Under the pieces are notes generated by a model, which did not search any database, had not been told where the DNA came from, and saw only the letters and a program-made list of their open reading frames with translations. DNA of 64,000 bases, from the sequence record MH383160.1; one strand, written 5' to 3'. Positions 18,973 to 28,611 of this stretch are shown here, piece after piece. Each line of letters opens with the position of its first letter. Position 1 is the stretch's first letter. The position numbers and the translations under genes were made by a program.

Positions 18973-19885
18973 CTTGAAAAACTTTCAAGCCAAGTAGCTT
19001 ACGCCACATGAATACGACTTGTGCTCGGTCATCATATACCTTTTTAACATCGTAATGATCAACCACATTTTTCATGTACAGGTCGAATTTTACAACATCA
19101 TCAGGACGTTTATCATCGATATCTCGCATAAACAATGCATCGTAAGGAACACCCCAATTCTTAAGCCACTGTTCGGTATCAGCACGACACCCTTCAGTAC
19201 GCCCACTCATGACGATAATCTTGCGTTTATGAAAAACTGCTTCAGCGATAATAGACAAAATAACTTCTTCATCAGGTGTATCCTGAAGAACAGTACTTTC
19301 ATCGTAAGGATTACGACCCCATTTATGAGCAAGAGTACCGTCAATATCAACGATAACAGCAGCTTCGCGTGAATTACCATAGTAACCAATGTGTAATGCT
19401 TTACTATAATAGTACGTATCTGCCATTTTGTCAATGATATCATCTGGTACTGAACGCCCACGCTGGAGGTTATATTTCTTACAAAGTTTTACGAACTCTT
19501 TAATCTTAAAGAATTCATGAACATCTGCACCACGGTCTTCATTAGGTACAAAATCATCATAGAAGTTCTTTTCTTTGTAATCATAACCATTATCTGTAGC
19601 CCATACTTTCCAGAGATCACGGAAATGTGGTTTAAGGTTCGTATCGGATACGATGATGTTCCAACCATTCTCTGCTGCTGAATTTGCTGCACTGAACTGT
19701 AAATTATCTACGTACTGCTCATTAGCATCGTTGAATTTGTAAGCATCATGTGACCCAGCCATAGATTCACGAATATCATCACGGTTGATGTTGATAGTCT
19801 TGGATTTGGCTTTTTTAATCTCTTGCACTGCCCATGTAGTTTTACCACACCCAGGCAATCCAACTGTTAATGTGATAGTTGGCAT
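18953..19885 (-). CDS. pseT: polynucleotide 5'-kinase/3'-phosphatase
   Basis: GLPGCGKTT P-loop; DIDGTLA HAD motif; SGR and YDDR motifs. Confidence 0.95.
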   Translation of the reverse strand: MPTITLTVGLPGCGKTTWAVQEIKKAKSKTININRDDIRESMAGSHDAYKFNDANEQYVDNLQFSAANSAAENGWNIIVSDTNLKPHFRDLWKVWATDNGYDYKEKNFYDDFVPNEDRGADVHEFFKIKEFVKLCKKYNLQRGRSVPDDIIDKMADTYYYSKALHIGYYGNSREAAVIVDIDGTLAHKWGRNPYDESTVLQDTPDEEVILSIIAEAVFHKRKIIVMSGRTEGCRADTEQWLKNWGVPYDALFMRDIDDKRPDDVVKFDLYMKNVVDHYDVKKVYDDRAQVVFMWRKLLGLKVFQVAEGNF

Positions 19886-19888
19886 CCT

Positions 19889-20218
19889 TTAATCCTCTAA
19901 AAATTTAACATGCTCTATATTATGATAGGTGAGCCATTCCTGTGGTGTTCCCTTTCGTATTAAAACACCAATATACGCAATACCATTAATTAGACCATTA
20001 CTATCAGTATTCACATCAACTTTCACAATCTCGGAATCGTACCAGTGTTTAAATGTGTAATCCCAACATCTGACTTTCTTCCCAATAAGATTGCTCTTGT
20101 ATTTGTCAATCATTTCATCGACGATAGTTTGCACTGAATTTTTAATTTCAGCTTCTACTGACTTTATATATAGTAAATTACTTTGTGCATTGTTTATCAT
20201 TATATTTCCCAACTCCAA
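19889..20218 (-). CDS. small helix+barrel family protein
   Basis: YKSNLIGKKV. Confidence 0.7.
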   Translation of the reverse strand: MELGNIMINNAQSNLLYIKSVEAEIKNSVQTIVDEMIDKYKSNLIGKKVRCWDYTFKHWYDSEIVKVDVNTDSNGLINGIAYIGVLIRKGTPQEWLTYHNIEHVKFLED

Positions 20219-20414
20219 ATCGCTTGGAGATTTTCACAAGTACAGATTCATCACAACGAATACTAGCAGTATCATTGGATGAACTGTACTTTAATGGGGT
20301 CCACTGTAATTGAGATTCTTCTAGGAACTTGATACATCTGAAATAATCTTTCAAGGAAAGAAATTTAACTACTGACATATCCTGAACAATACTATGCTGA
20401 ACTTCAACTTTCAT
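20178..20414 (-). CDS. hypothetical protein
   Basis: 78 aa, GGAG RBS. Confidence 0.65.
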   Translation of the reverse strand: MKVEVQHSIVQDMSVVKFLSLKDYFRCIKFLEESQLQWTPLKYSSSNDTASIRCDESVLVKISKRFGVGKYNDKQCTK

Positions 20415-20423
20415 ATGAACTCC

Positions 20424-20681
20424 TTATAGTGGGTCGAATTTATTTTCACGTTTCGATGTATAGCGAGTTACATCATGTATTCTCGGCTTAACACCTTTTG
20501 GTTTCCTTTTCTTCTTGTATTCAGTACTACTACATCCGAAGGTATTCTCGATTCGTTTCTTACTTATCTTCACACCTTTCATTGAGCGTTTGTGCTGTAA
20601 TTCATCGATTTCTTCTTGTATTTTCCTGAACTCAGTCGGAGAAAGGGAACCGTCATTTTTATACTTAGGTTTAGCCATCAC
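20424..20681 (-). CDS. small basic hypothetical protein
   Basis: 85 aa, K/R rich, AGGAG RBS. Confidence 0.7.
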   Translation of the reverse strand: MMAKPKYKNDGSLSPTEFRKIQEEIDELQHKRSMKGVKISKKRIENTFGCSSTEYKKKRKPKGVKPRIHDVTRYTSKRENKFDPL

Positions 20682-20708
20682 TTCTCCTTGTGCTTAGGCT
20701 AGATAGTA

Positions 20709-21851
20709 CTAAAAATCCTTTAGTACAATTTTCATGTATTTTATAAGAGTCTCTTTGTAATCAACTTTCTTATTGTTATACATTGCAAAGGCCAAGCCCT
20801 GACGATTCAGTTCATTAGTTAAACACTCCTGAACCTTCATTGCGAATTCCTTTCGCTCCAAGTGCTTGTGTTCCTTGACGAAGCTTTCTACTTCATCTTG
20901 TAATGCATTATAGCACGAAAATACCAATTGTTCCATTCTTAATATCTTTTGCATAGCATATTCATCAGTACTGAACAATTGTTTTAAATCATCACTTGAA
21001 CCATTTAATACTGCTTCATATAAATGAGAATCAATAATAATACTATCTTTTGTAAGATGTAATGAACTGTACCAGTCAGTCTTTATTTTACACATTGTCC
21101 CATTATTTAGGATGCACACAAAACCCTCAATATCAAGCATTTTATGAACTTCCTCCACGCTTTCACGGAAGGTATTTCGTACCGGAAAAGTGTGATGAAT
21201 ATCTTTTCCAGTCATATTAGTACTGTACTGTGCAAGACATGGAAACTTATCACGTAGTGCTTTACCACATAGCAACTCACCACTCACACGATGACGAACG
21301 TTCAGTACAAACAGTTGTTCTACCTGATATGGTAATACAATTCGGTACTCTGGGCTTGTATACTCCATATTAACTGTGTAACCTAAACGTTCCGCTTCGT
21401 CGATGTACTGATACAAATTCTGGTTCTCGTTAATAAGTCGAGTACTGTTAATCGCATGGTCAGAATACAATGCTGTATGTGATTTACAACGAATCTCACC
21501 ATCATTATCACGGTAAGTACTGATAATCGAACCATCCAACTTAGGCATCACTACCGCAATGTCATCGCATGTGGTGTTAGCAGGGAACATTGTAGCAGGA
21601 TTCTCGTAAGCATTGAAGAACTTTTTCATTGTACGTGCTGCACAACGTATCATGTCACCTTCTTCATCAATTTCCCACATAGAGCCACGGGTTTCCAATG
21701 CATTTGGTTGCATGAAATCAGTGTATGATGCTAGACGATAACTGAATACACGATACGTGCCACCAGCAGGACTTTTATGATCCACATAAAAGAATGCATC
21801 GTTTGTATTACATAAGTGCATTAAATCTTCATATATTTGCAAAAGGGTCAT
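20709..21851 (-). CDS. rnlA: RNA ligase 1 (T4 RnlA-like)
   Basis: ETRG, KFFN, KLDGS, EGFV and KIKTDWY motifs. Confidence 0.93.
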   Translation of the reverse strand: MTLLQIYEDLMHLCNTNDAFFYVDHKSPAGGTYRVFSYRLASYTDFMQPNALETRGSMWEIDEEGDMIRCAARTMKKFFNAYENPATMFPANTTCDDIAVVMPKLDGSIISTYRDNDGEIRCKSHTALYSDHAINSTRLINENQNLYQYIDEAERLGYTVNMEYTSPEYRIVLPYQVEQLFVLNVRHRVSGELLCGKALRDKFPCLAQYSTNMTGKDIHHTFPVRNTFRESVEEVHKMLDIEGFVCILNNGTMCKIKTDWYSSLHLTKDSIIIDSHLYEAVLNGSSDDLKQLFSTDEYAMQKILRMEQLVFSCYNALQDEVESFVKEHKHLERKEFAMKVQECLTNELNRQGLAFAMYNNKKVDYKETLIKYMKIVLKDF

Positions 21852-22156
21852 TTTATTACCTCTATATCTACATCAGTTCCATAATATGATATTAATCCAT
21901 CATCAGATTCACACTGAATAGACAACTCAGATTCATAGTATGTTACTTTATTCACTGTTAGTACTTGTTCTTCAATTACTCCAGAAAAATAATTCATCTC
22001 ACGTACACGAACTTTAGTTCCTTTAGGTAGTTCATCTGAGATTTTTCGAACAAGATCATAAGCAGCCTGTTCAAGTGTGTACAGTAATTGTAATCTATCT
22101 TGAATATTCATATTATTTCCACCAACTGGTATCACGTCCATTAGACAAAGATTCAT
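21848..22156 (-). CDS. small helix+barrel family protein
   Basis: ELPKGTKVRV. Confidence 0.65.
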   Translation of the reverse strand: MNLCLMDVIPVGGNNMNIQDRLQLLYTLEQAAYDLVRKISDELPKGTKVRVREMNYFSGVIEEQVLTVNKVTYYESELSIQCESDDGLISYYGTDVDIEVIK

Positions 22157-22802
22157 TGTACTGATGCCTAAAATTAGTTTTTGGATTATTGTTCATAGTA
22201 CTAATAAAATCAAATTTAACATTCTCTTGAATATATTTTTTAACACTATCTTTAAATTTAATAGTACTGAAGTCTAAATCTAGATGTTCATACAATACCG
22301 GATGACAAAACTCATGTGTACGCAACGCTGGCATGGTATCCTTAATGTATTGCACAGTGTTAATCATTGCATTGTATTCAGGCATAGCACGCATCATCAT
22401 TAGCTGAAAGTGTTCTTCCTCTGACATTGACTCATCCAAATCAATAACGACTTCATCATTTTTAGAGTCATAAACTTTAATGGTACTCTTGGTTGGATCA
22501 AGCATAGCCCACTCTGGATACAGGCATGTTTTCCAAAAAGGATTATTGCACTGAAACATACTAATGAGATTTTGATCTTTATCAAAAATAGCAAATCCAA
22601 GATCCGAACTTGGTTGTACTTCACATACACAAATATCGTAAGACGAGTCTTCAGTACTGAGTGAACCAACTACATTTGATATATGTGAATATGGAGTTTC
22701 TCTTGACTCCAACTGAAATGTACTTTCAATTCGATTGATTTGTGGATGTAATGTAATTACACCCCTTAGTACATATAAAATTCTATCTAAATCTTTAATC
22801 AA
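22113..22802 (-). CDS. FQ-module family protein (outlier)
   Basis: SEEEHFQLMMM. Confidence 0.75.
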   Translation of the reverse strand: MIKDLDRILYVLRGVITLHPQINRIESTFQLESRETPYSHISNVVGSLSTEDSSYDICVCEVQPSSDLGFAIFDKDQNLISMFQCNNPFWKTCLYPEWAMLDPTKSTIKVYDSKNDEVVIDLDESMSEEEHFQLMMMRAMPEYNAMINTVQYIKDTMPALRTHEFCHPVLYEHLDLDFSTIKFKDSVKKYIQENVKFDFISTMNNNPKTNFRHQYNESLSNGRDTSWWK

Positions 22803-23377
22803 AATTCTATCCCCGTATCAGTTAATTTCGTTCCGTCCATGTACTTAACAGTTATTTCAATGCGTCGATCAGTACTCAATTTTTGAAGATCATTGTAGTA
22901 CAATTTAAATTCTTCAAAGAATTCAAGTGGTGGAATATCGTATAAAGTACTAATCTGGAAGTGCTCAGGTAATCCAAATTCCAATATATCAATCTTAGGC
23001 ATAAGTCCATCGGCTGCTGCACCTTCTGGAGTACTGCTGTCTGCTACATAAAACATAGAATTACCATGACGCTGGATAACGAATACGCAATCATCTTCAC
23101 TTATATAAATCATATTTCCAAGGTATGGATCGTTATCACACCAATTGTCATGGACGAATTGATCAACTTGAAGTAAATCGTGTATAATTCCTCGACCACT
23201 ATCATCGATTCTAATATGTAAACCAGAATCACTTTTGCTCAACCAGCGGTATCTTGAATCACATCCTGATTCCATAAATGGATATTTTGAAAAATCCATA
23301 TCAGTACCATTATAAAACCAATCGTACCACTCATTACGCATACTAATCAGCTTAGTACTTAATTCTAATACATTCAT
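22799..23377 (-). CDS. FQ-module family protein (outlier)
   Basis: LPEHFQISTLYD. Confidence 0.75.
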   Translation of the reverse strand: MNVLELSTKLISMRNEWYDWFYNGTDMDFSKYPFMESGCDSRYRWLSKSDSGLHIRIDDSGRGIIHDLLQVDQFVHDNWCDNDPYLGNMIYISEDDCVFVIQRHGNSMFYVADSSTPEGAAADGLMPKIDILEFGLPEHFQISTLYDIPPLEFFEEFKLYYNDLQKLSTDRRIEITVKYMDGTKLTDTGIEF

Positions 23378-23384
23378 TTTAGTT

Positions 23385-23687
23385 TTATCCTCTTAATTTA
23401 ATAGTACTGGCTGGATATTCTACAAAAGTATTATCTGGTAATCCTATACAGTAATAAGGTAAATACCCCATCTTTATATTAATACCAATTAAAATTCCTG
23501 TTTTATATGAAGTATTAATTCCATAGTAATCGTCTATATCAACAGCAAGTCCATATAATGATATGTTACAATCCTTGATGTATCGGTCAAACATTTTATA
23601 CATTGATGGATATAAAGTTCCATTGGATTGTCTCACCAAATCAGCCAACATTTTGATAGTACTGTTAATTAAATCTATACTGAACAT
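23385..23687 (-). CDS. hypothetical protein
   Basis: 100 aa ORF. Confidence 0.65.
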   Translation of the reverse strand: MFSIDLINSTIKMLADLVRQSNGTLYPSMYKMFDRYIKDCNISLYGLAVDIDDYYGINTSYKTGILIGINIKMGYLPYYCIGLPDNTFVEYPASTIKLRG

Positions 23688-23731
23688 CTTTGTACCTGCG
23701 AAAAAAGACCAGCAAACGCTGGTCTAAGAAT

Positions 23732-24013
23732 TTAAATTATTTCATAAAGACAATATACACCATCAACGCCAGCATCAGGAAAATCAACATAGAAATTCAC
23801 ACTAACAGTGTCGTAATCTATATTAGTGATTCGTCCGGTTTTACCTACACTTTTTACAAATATATCAGACCCAAGATACACAAACTCGAACTCGTCAGCA
23901 TACTCTTTTATGATATCTGCGAACCAACAACCACACCTAGGTTCTGTGTTAATAATTTCAAGATATAATGTAATATATTGTTCGTATGTCCATGTGTGTA
24001 GATAAAAATCCAT
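23732..24013 (-). CDS. hypothetical protein
   Basis: 93 aa; EFVYLGSDI resembles the helix+barrel family. Confidence 0.65.
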   Translation of the reverse strand: MDFYLHTWTYEQYITLYLEIINTEPRCGCWFADIIKEYADEFEFVYLGSDIFVKSVGKTGRITNIDYDTVSVNFYVDFPDAGVDGVYCLYEII

Positions 24014-24023
24014 AGAAGTTTCC

Positions 24024-24761
24024 TTAGAAATATATCATACCCATCAATTCAGAATCGGCGGGGCGAGTGTAACCTTGCTTCTTAACTTTAAAATAGAATG
24101 ATTCATGCTCTTCTAAATTATAACGTTTTTTCAAGCAACGAGTGTATGTCTGACAATTTGGGTGAACCCATTCATAAATGTGAATGCCATTTTCGTCATA
24201 ACCATTTATACTACAACGATTTCCTTCATGCTTCATGAAGTTTTTACTTTTTTCAGTAAATTCTTTCACTGTAGTTGTATATGGAGATTTGTATTCAAAA
24301 GGAACTTCAGTCATACGAAAATAATAGTATTCTTCGTCTTCATCATATCCCAAGAGCACTGTGTTAGTTTCACGTACATTGTAATGATTCTTACTTTTTA
24401 ATTCATTTTCGTATATATCTTTCAGTACTTCTGCAAAAACTTCCTCGCTTGATGCATTAGGATTAGATACACCTGATACTCGGCGTTCAATAATAAAATC
24501 AGTGAATTTACGGTCTTCGGCAATATCTTCGTTCATATAAAGACTAACAAACTTATCCTTATATGTCTTTACACTATATTGCTTACTTTGCACTTCACTA
24601 TAAACATCTGCTAACATATTCTCCTGACCACACTGCACACCACTTACAGAATAAGCACATGCATGTTCAGCCATTACTGATGTTAACATTTGGAAATTTG
24701 CCATGTTTAATTCATTCGCCATCTCTGTAGCGAAACGGATACGGTCAAGCATTTCACACAC
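24024..24761 (-). CDS. hypothetical protein
   Basis: 245 aa, GGAG RBS. Confidence 0.8.
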   Translation of the reverse strand: MCEMLDRIRFATEMANELNMANFQMLTSVMAEHACAYSVSGVQCGQENMLADVYSEVQSKQYSVKTYKDKFVSLYMNEDIAEDRKFTDFIIERRVSGVSNPNASSEEVFAEVLKDIYENELKSKNHYNVRETNTVLLGYDEDEEYYYFRMTEVPFEYKSPYTTTVKEFTEKSKNFMKHEGNRCSINGYDENGIHIYEWVHPNCQTYTRCLKKRYNLEEHESFYFKVKKQGYTRPADSELMGMIYF

Positions 24762-24792
24762 TCCTTGTGTTAATTATTGTTCCTTACCCATT

Positions 24793-24820
24793 ATTATATC
24801 ATGAATTAAACTATTGTCCC
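24793..24820 (-). promoter_or_regulatory. extended -10 promoter
   Basis: GGGACA-N16-TATAAT with TG extension. Confidence 0.55.
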
Positions 24821-25107
24821 TGTTTATAGCAATAAAGATTCTCTAATTTAAAGTCCACTAGGTCACATTCAGAACGTACTCGATTCTTGTTCCAGAATAA
24901 AATACGAATCCTTTCATAATCACGATAAACACTAATAATGCTTCGGTGCTTGGATTTGTAGTACTCCTGTACTATCCCCAGATACACAGTCCTCAATAAA
25001 GACTTAGTTGGATAGGGCATATTCTGTGCTGACGTGATATTGTAAATCATCTTCATTGTTTCAGCAATAAGTACTTCATTTGTTCTCATTGTAATCCTTA
25101 CATACAC
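24811..25107 (-). CDS. hypothetical protein
   Basis: true start likely MRTNE. Confidence 0.6.
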   Translation of the reverse strand: MYVRITMRTNEVLIAETMKMIYNITSAQNMPYPTKSLLRTVYLGIVQEYYKSKHRSIISVYRDYERIRILFWNKNRVRSECDLVDFKLENLYCYKQGQ

Positions 25108-25252
25108 TATGCAAAGTAAACCCTAAACCAACACCGACAAATGGAAATAGTAAATTGATATACCAAGTATTAATTGATGAAAGGAAACAAATCCCACATA
25201 CTGTCAGTACTGCCAATGAAAAAAGACTCCAGATAAAAAATACTGTTCTCAT
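25076..25252 (-). CDS. small membrane protein (not in ORF track)
   Basis: 58 aa MRTVFFIWSLF..., two hydrophobic segments, ATGA overlap with upstream gene. Confidence 0.6.
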   Translation of the reverse strand: MRTVFFIWSLFSLAVLTVCGICFLSSINTWYINLLFPFVGVGLGFTLHSVCKDYNENK

Positions 25253-25539
25253 AAAAATATTACCTCATCAAATGAAAAGTTTAAGTACGTTGTTGAATCT
25301 TGGTCTAAACTATGAATAGTAATATGACCATTGAAATAAAAAGAAACATCAACTATTTGAAGTTTTGGGTATTTTCTAGTACTGAAATATCTACCCACTA
25401 ACACAGCATATATATAATCCCTGTACTCTTGAGTAATGAATTCATACATATTATGATTTGCACTGCACTTTTCATCATAAGTATTAGTATATTCTTTCAT
25501 CAGTAGAGCATATGTTTTTTGTATTAATATGATATTCAT
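25249..25539 (-). CDS. IQxTY tandem family protein
   Basis: LIQKTYALL. Confidence 0.7.
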   Translation of the reverse strand: MNIILIQKTYALLMKEYTNTYDEKCSANHNMYEFITQEYRDYIYAVLVGRYFSTRKYPKLQIVDVSFYFNGHITIHSLDQDSTTYLNFSFDEVIFL

Positions 25540-25922
25540 AAATCACCTAATACCTCAAAAATTACTGATATTGGGTATAATGGGTTACCAGTTGAAGTAA
25601 TACATACAATTAGTACGTTTTTTCCTGGTCCCACATCCGTTATAGTGAAATTAATATTATTAATATTCAGTGATTTACCAATATAATGCTCTTTCAATAA
25701 TTCAACAAAATAATCCAGTACTGGATTATCTGCACTATATGATAACTCAGTACTTGATATCATTTTATATGTATGAACTATTAGTTCAGCTTTAGTCATG
25801 AACACGCTCACAATTAAGGCAATAAATGCACTCAATGTCAGGTCGCCATGATTTATCAAAATCTTTGTGCTGTTCTTCGGTGTATTCTGCATCATCATTA
25901 ATAGGGAAGAAATCACCAGCAC
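25536..25922 (-). CDS. hypothetical protein
   Basis: LKEHYIGKSL; true start likely the internal MTKAE. Confidence 0.6.
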   Translation of the reverse strand: MLVISSLLMMMQNTPKNSTKILINHGDLTLSAFIALIVSVFMTKAELIVHTYKMISSTELSYSADNPVLDYFVELLKEHYIGKSLNINNINFTITDVGPGKNVLIVCITSTGNPLYPISVIFEVLGDL

Positions 25923-25992
25923 CAGTCGCCCAGTCTGAATCTAAACGGAAACGAGCTAATTGAGTACTGTTACAATATGGACATTTATTCAA
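25792..25992 (-). CDS. small zinc-ribbon protein
   Basis: CPYC...CLNC. Confidence 0.7.
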   Translation of the reverse strand: MNKCPYCNSTQLARFRLDSDWATGAGDFFPINDDAEYTEEQHKDFDKSWRPDIECIYCLNCERVHD

Positions 25993-26269
25993 AATTTATT
26001 CCTTCTAACTGATATACGTTTAATGAAAATGACCCACTATTATTATCGCATCTGAAACACAGTGTTAAAGAACCATTAAAACTAACTACATCCGTACAGA
26101 TACATTTTTCACCATTGGATATGATAGATTTTCCTATATATAAATCTCTTACTATAGTACGGTAATGTTGCCATAAAAAATAATACACACTTTCATAGTA
26201 CTCATCTTTTACATATGATAAGTATAAGAATTTATAAAATACTTGTATTTCCTTTAAGTTGTTTTTCAT
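25985..26269 (-). CDS. IQxTY tandem family protein
   Basis: EIQVFYKFLY...DVVSFNGSL. Confidence 0.75.
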   Translation of the reverse strand: MKNNLKEIQVFYKFLYLSYVKDEYYESVYYFLWQHYRTIVRDLYIGKSIISNGEKCICTDVVSFNGSLTLCFRCDNNSGSFSLNVYQLEGINFE

Positions 26270-26543
26270 TCTTCAATTCCAGTAAATTTACACCAATCCA
26301 ATCAACATCACTATCAGTACTTAATTCCAATCGTAGCTTACCGCTATGACTAACAATATCGCGGAATTTGTATATTTTATTATCACGAACTATACACAAA
26401 TCATGGTAATAATCATGTAATTCATCCAAAAACTTTATCCATACCGAACGATAGATTTCACTGTAGAGATATTCTCCAGCATCAACCGTAGCGTATTGGA
26501 TATACAAAAATTTGTATGTGAATTGTATATCATTTAATAACAT
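26232..26543 (-). CDS. IQxTY tandem family protein
   Basis: NDIQFTYKFLY...DIVSHSGKL. Confidence 0.75.
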   Translation of the reverse strand: MLLNDIQFTYKFLYIQYATVDAGEYLYSEIYRSVWIKFLDELHDYYHDLCIVRDNKIYKFRDIVSHSGKLRLELSTDSDVDWIGVNLLELKNEKQLKGNTSIL

Positions 26544-26553
26544 ATGTAACCTC

Positions 26554-26865
26554 TTATAAATTCACCAACTTCACAACTTTAATCTCGATAAATCCCCTAT
26601 CGGTTATTTCCTGAAATTGAACATGGATTATACCATTATATGATTGCACACCATAGAAATCGAATTTATCATTTCCATCGATAAAAGTACTGTAATTCTT
26701 TTTTATATATTCACCTACTGAATCTAAGTACTCAATATATAAATCAATAAATGGTTGTTCTTTGTATCGGTTATGTGAACCTATGTTGTTACTAACAAGG
26801 TATACATCATACAAATCATATAGGATCTTATAAGTGAATTGTATATCATTTAAATTTAATCCCAA
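26554..26865 (-). CDS. IQxTY tandem family protein
   Basis: NDIQFTYKILY...GVQSYNGII. Confidence 0.75.
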   Translation of the reverse strand: MGLNLNDIQFTYKILYDLYDVYLVSNNIGSHNRYKEQPFIDLYIEYLDSVGEYIKKNYSTFIDGNDKFDFYGVQSYNGIIHVQFQEITDRGFIEIKVVKLVNL

Positions 26866-27122
26866 GGGAATATCTCCAACGGAATACTGGTAAATCCAAA
26901 ATCAGTGTAGTACTGAACCTCAACTTTACCATCACGTCTAATGATTATATCAGAAAATTCTGCATGGTCATCACCAATAATAACAGTACTGAATTTTTTT
27001 TTAATCTTACCACGAATCGTATGAATCATTTCAGTGCCTGTGTCTTCTAGACTAGGGCTATCATTGTCGTGTGCTAAATCTCGAATAATCTTGTATGTTA
27101 GTAGGAAATCTTTATAATTCAT
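26856..27122 (-). CDS. IQxTY tandem family protein
   Basis: DFLLTYKIIRDL. Confidence 0.7.
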   Translation of the reverse strand: MNYKDFLLTYKIIRDLAHDNDSPSLEDTGTEMIHTIRGKIKKKFSTVIIGDDHAEFSDIIIRRDGKVEVQYYTDFGFTSIPLEIFPWD

Positions 27123-27394
27123 ATGTCCACCAAATCTATACTATATCTTTCATTAGTATTACTATCTATAAATGATAGTACTAATTTACCACCAAAACTA
27201 TTAACTTGTTCTATCTTCTGTTTTTTACCACGAATGATTATCTCACTATTAACAAAATATTCACGTATCATTATTAAGTGATTAATCCAGATAGTATGAG
27301 TGAATGTGTTTTCTCGTATTGTATTGAGATATCTTCCATTGTGATGTAAATCAAACAAAACACTGTATGTATATTGTAGAACTTTATAATTCAT
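27119..27394 (-). CDS. IQxTY tandem family protein
   Basis: VLQYTYSVLFDL...VNSFGGKL. Confidence 0.75.
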   Translation of the reverse strand: MNYKVLQYTYSVLFDLHHNGRYLNTIRENTFTHTIWINHLIMIREYFVNSEIIIRGKKQKIEQVNSFGGKLVLSFIDSNTNERYSIDLVDI

Positions 27395-27406
27395 ATATCC
27401 CCTTAC

Positions 27407-27435
27407 AAAAATAGCCCGAACTTATGTCGGGCTAT
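27407..27435 (-). terminator. Rho-independent terminator
   Basis: ATAGCCCGA/TCGGGCTAT stem plus T run. Confidence 0.8.
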
Positions 27436-27440
27436 GTACA

Positions 27441-28127
27441 TTATTCATCGTCGTCATCGTCATCTAGATCGATATAGATACTATCATCACCATCATCAAA
27501 GTACTCCACAATAACTCCTGGAATATTAAGAGCAGTAAACATTGCATCATATTTCTCATCAGATGGAATCAAAACAAATTCATCAATGTTTTGGACTTCT
27601 GGCATTTTATCTTCGGGGATACCCATATCAACAAGTGACTGAATAATCTTTTCTTTGAATTCTAAAAACTTCTCTTCAGATTCAAAATCCATAATAAGCT
27701 GTGCAACATATCCTTCATCGTTACCGAATGAAATTGACATTTGTGCATCAGTACCGACATAGCACCAAACACGTTTGCCTGTGTGTTGCTCAATAAAGTT
27801 TTGAATCTGTAACACAATGTCATGGCGAGAACTGTTAGCAATGTTGTTAAGATTTTCTACACCAGCATTAATTCCAGTACTGTCATTTGTTTCTTCAAAT
27901 TCACCATAATCACCCAATACATACTGTACACCTTCATGATGTAATGCATATGCATAGTCAAGGTCAGCGAGTGAATCGCACTTTCCACGGATCGGACGTA
28001 GGGAAAGACCTAAGCGAAGATAACGGAAGTATGTATTAGTATTTGTATTTGTCAACGTAATGCTCCTTAACAATATAAAAGTAGTTGCTGTTATTGTCAA
28101 AAAAGATAACCATCCCTTTATAGACAT
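27441..28127 (-). CDS. acidic hypothetical protein
   Basis: 228 aa, hydrophobic N-terminus, poly-Asp C-terminus. Confidence 0.75.
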   Translation of the reverse strand: MSIKGWLSFLTITATTFILLRSITLTNTNTNTYFRYLRLGLSLRPIRGKCDSLADLDYAYALHHEGVQYVLGDYGEFEETNDSTGINAGVENLNNIANSSRHDIVLQIQNFIEQHTGKRVWCYVGTDAQMSISFGNDEGYVAQLIMDFESEEKFLEFKEKIIQSLVDMGIPEDKMPEVQNIDEFVLIPSDEKYDAMFTALNIPGVIVEYFDDGDDSIYIDLDDDDDDE

Positions 28128-28335
28128 TTACACCAATTTTGATTTCACATATGTTATTTGATTTACTGGCTTCAGTCAATAACATTTTGTGCTCTTTACT
28201 GAAAGTGTGGAACAGTGGTTTGACATGCCACATTTCGATACCATCCAGTACTGAAAATTTATCACTAAATTTAATCATTGATTCTTGTAAAAAATATCCT
28301 GTAAGATTTATTTCATCACACATGTAAGTTTCCAA
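28036..28335 (-). CDS. hypothetical protein
   Basis: 99 aa; overlaps the downstream ORF by 92 bp. Confidence 0.5.
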   Translation of the reverse strand: METYMCDEINLTGYFLQESMIKFSDKFSVLDGIEMWHVKPLFHTFSKEHKMLLTEASKSNNICEIKIGVNVYKGMVIFFDNNSNYFYIVKEHYVDKYKY

Positions 28336-28609
28336 GAAAATTAATCACATCTTCATGGGTTAATGTATCATTACCTTCTAGTACATTAATGATAAACGGC
28401 ACTTGACGATATAGTTCAGCCAGGAATTGAACCTCATCAGATGTGTAAGAATATCCCATAGGAACAACCTGTGCAGTCCAGTTTCCTAGAGTTTTGTTAG
28501 CAATAATTGCAACTACAGTATTACCTTTGTATTCAACATGGATGGAACGAAATCCTGATTGCTCATTTTGATCCCAAAGTACTGGATTGGTTTTGAACAG
28601 TACTGACAT
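28316..28609 (-). CDS. hypothetical protein
   Basis: 97 aa, GAGG RBS. Confidence 0.7.
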   Translation of the reverse strand: MSVLFKTNPVLWDQNEQSGFRSIHVEYKGNTVVAIIANKTLGNWTAQVVPMGYSYTSDEVQFLAELYRQVPFIINVLEGNDTLTHEDVINFLGNLHV

Positions 28610-28611
28610 AA

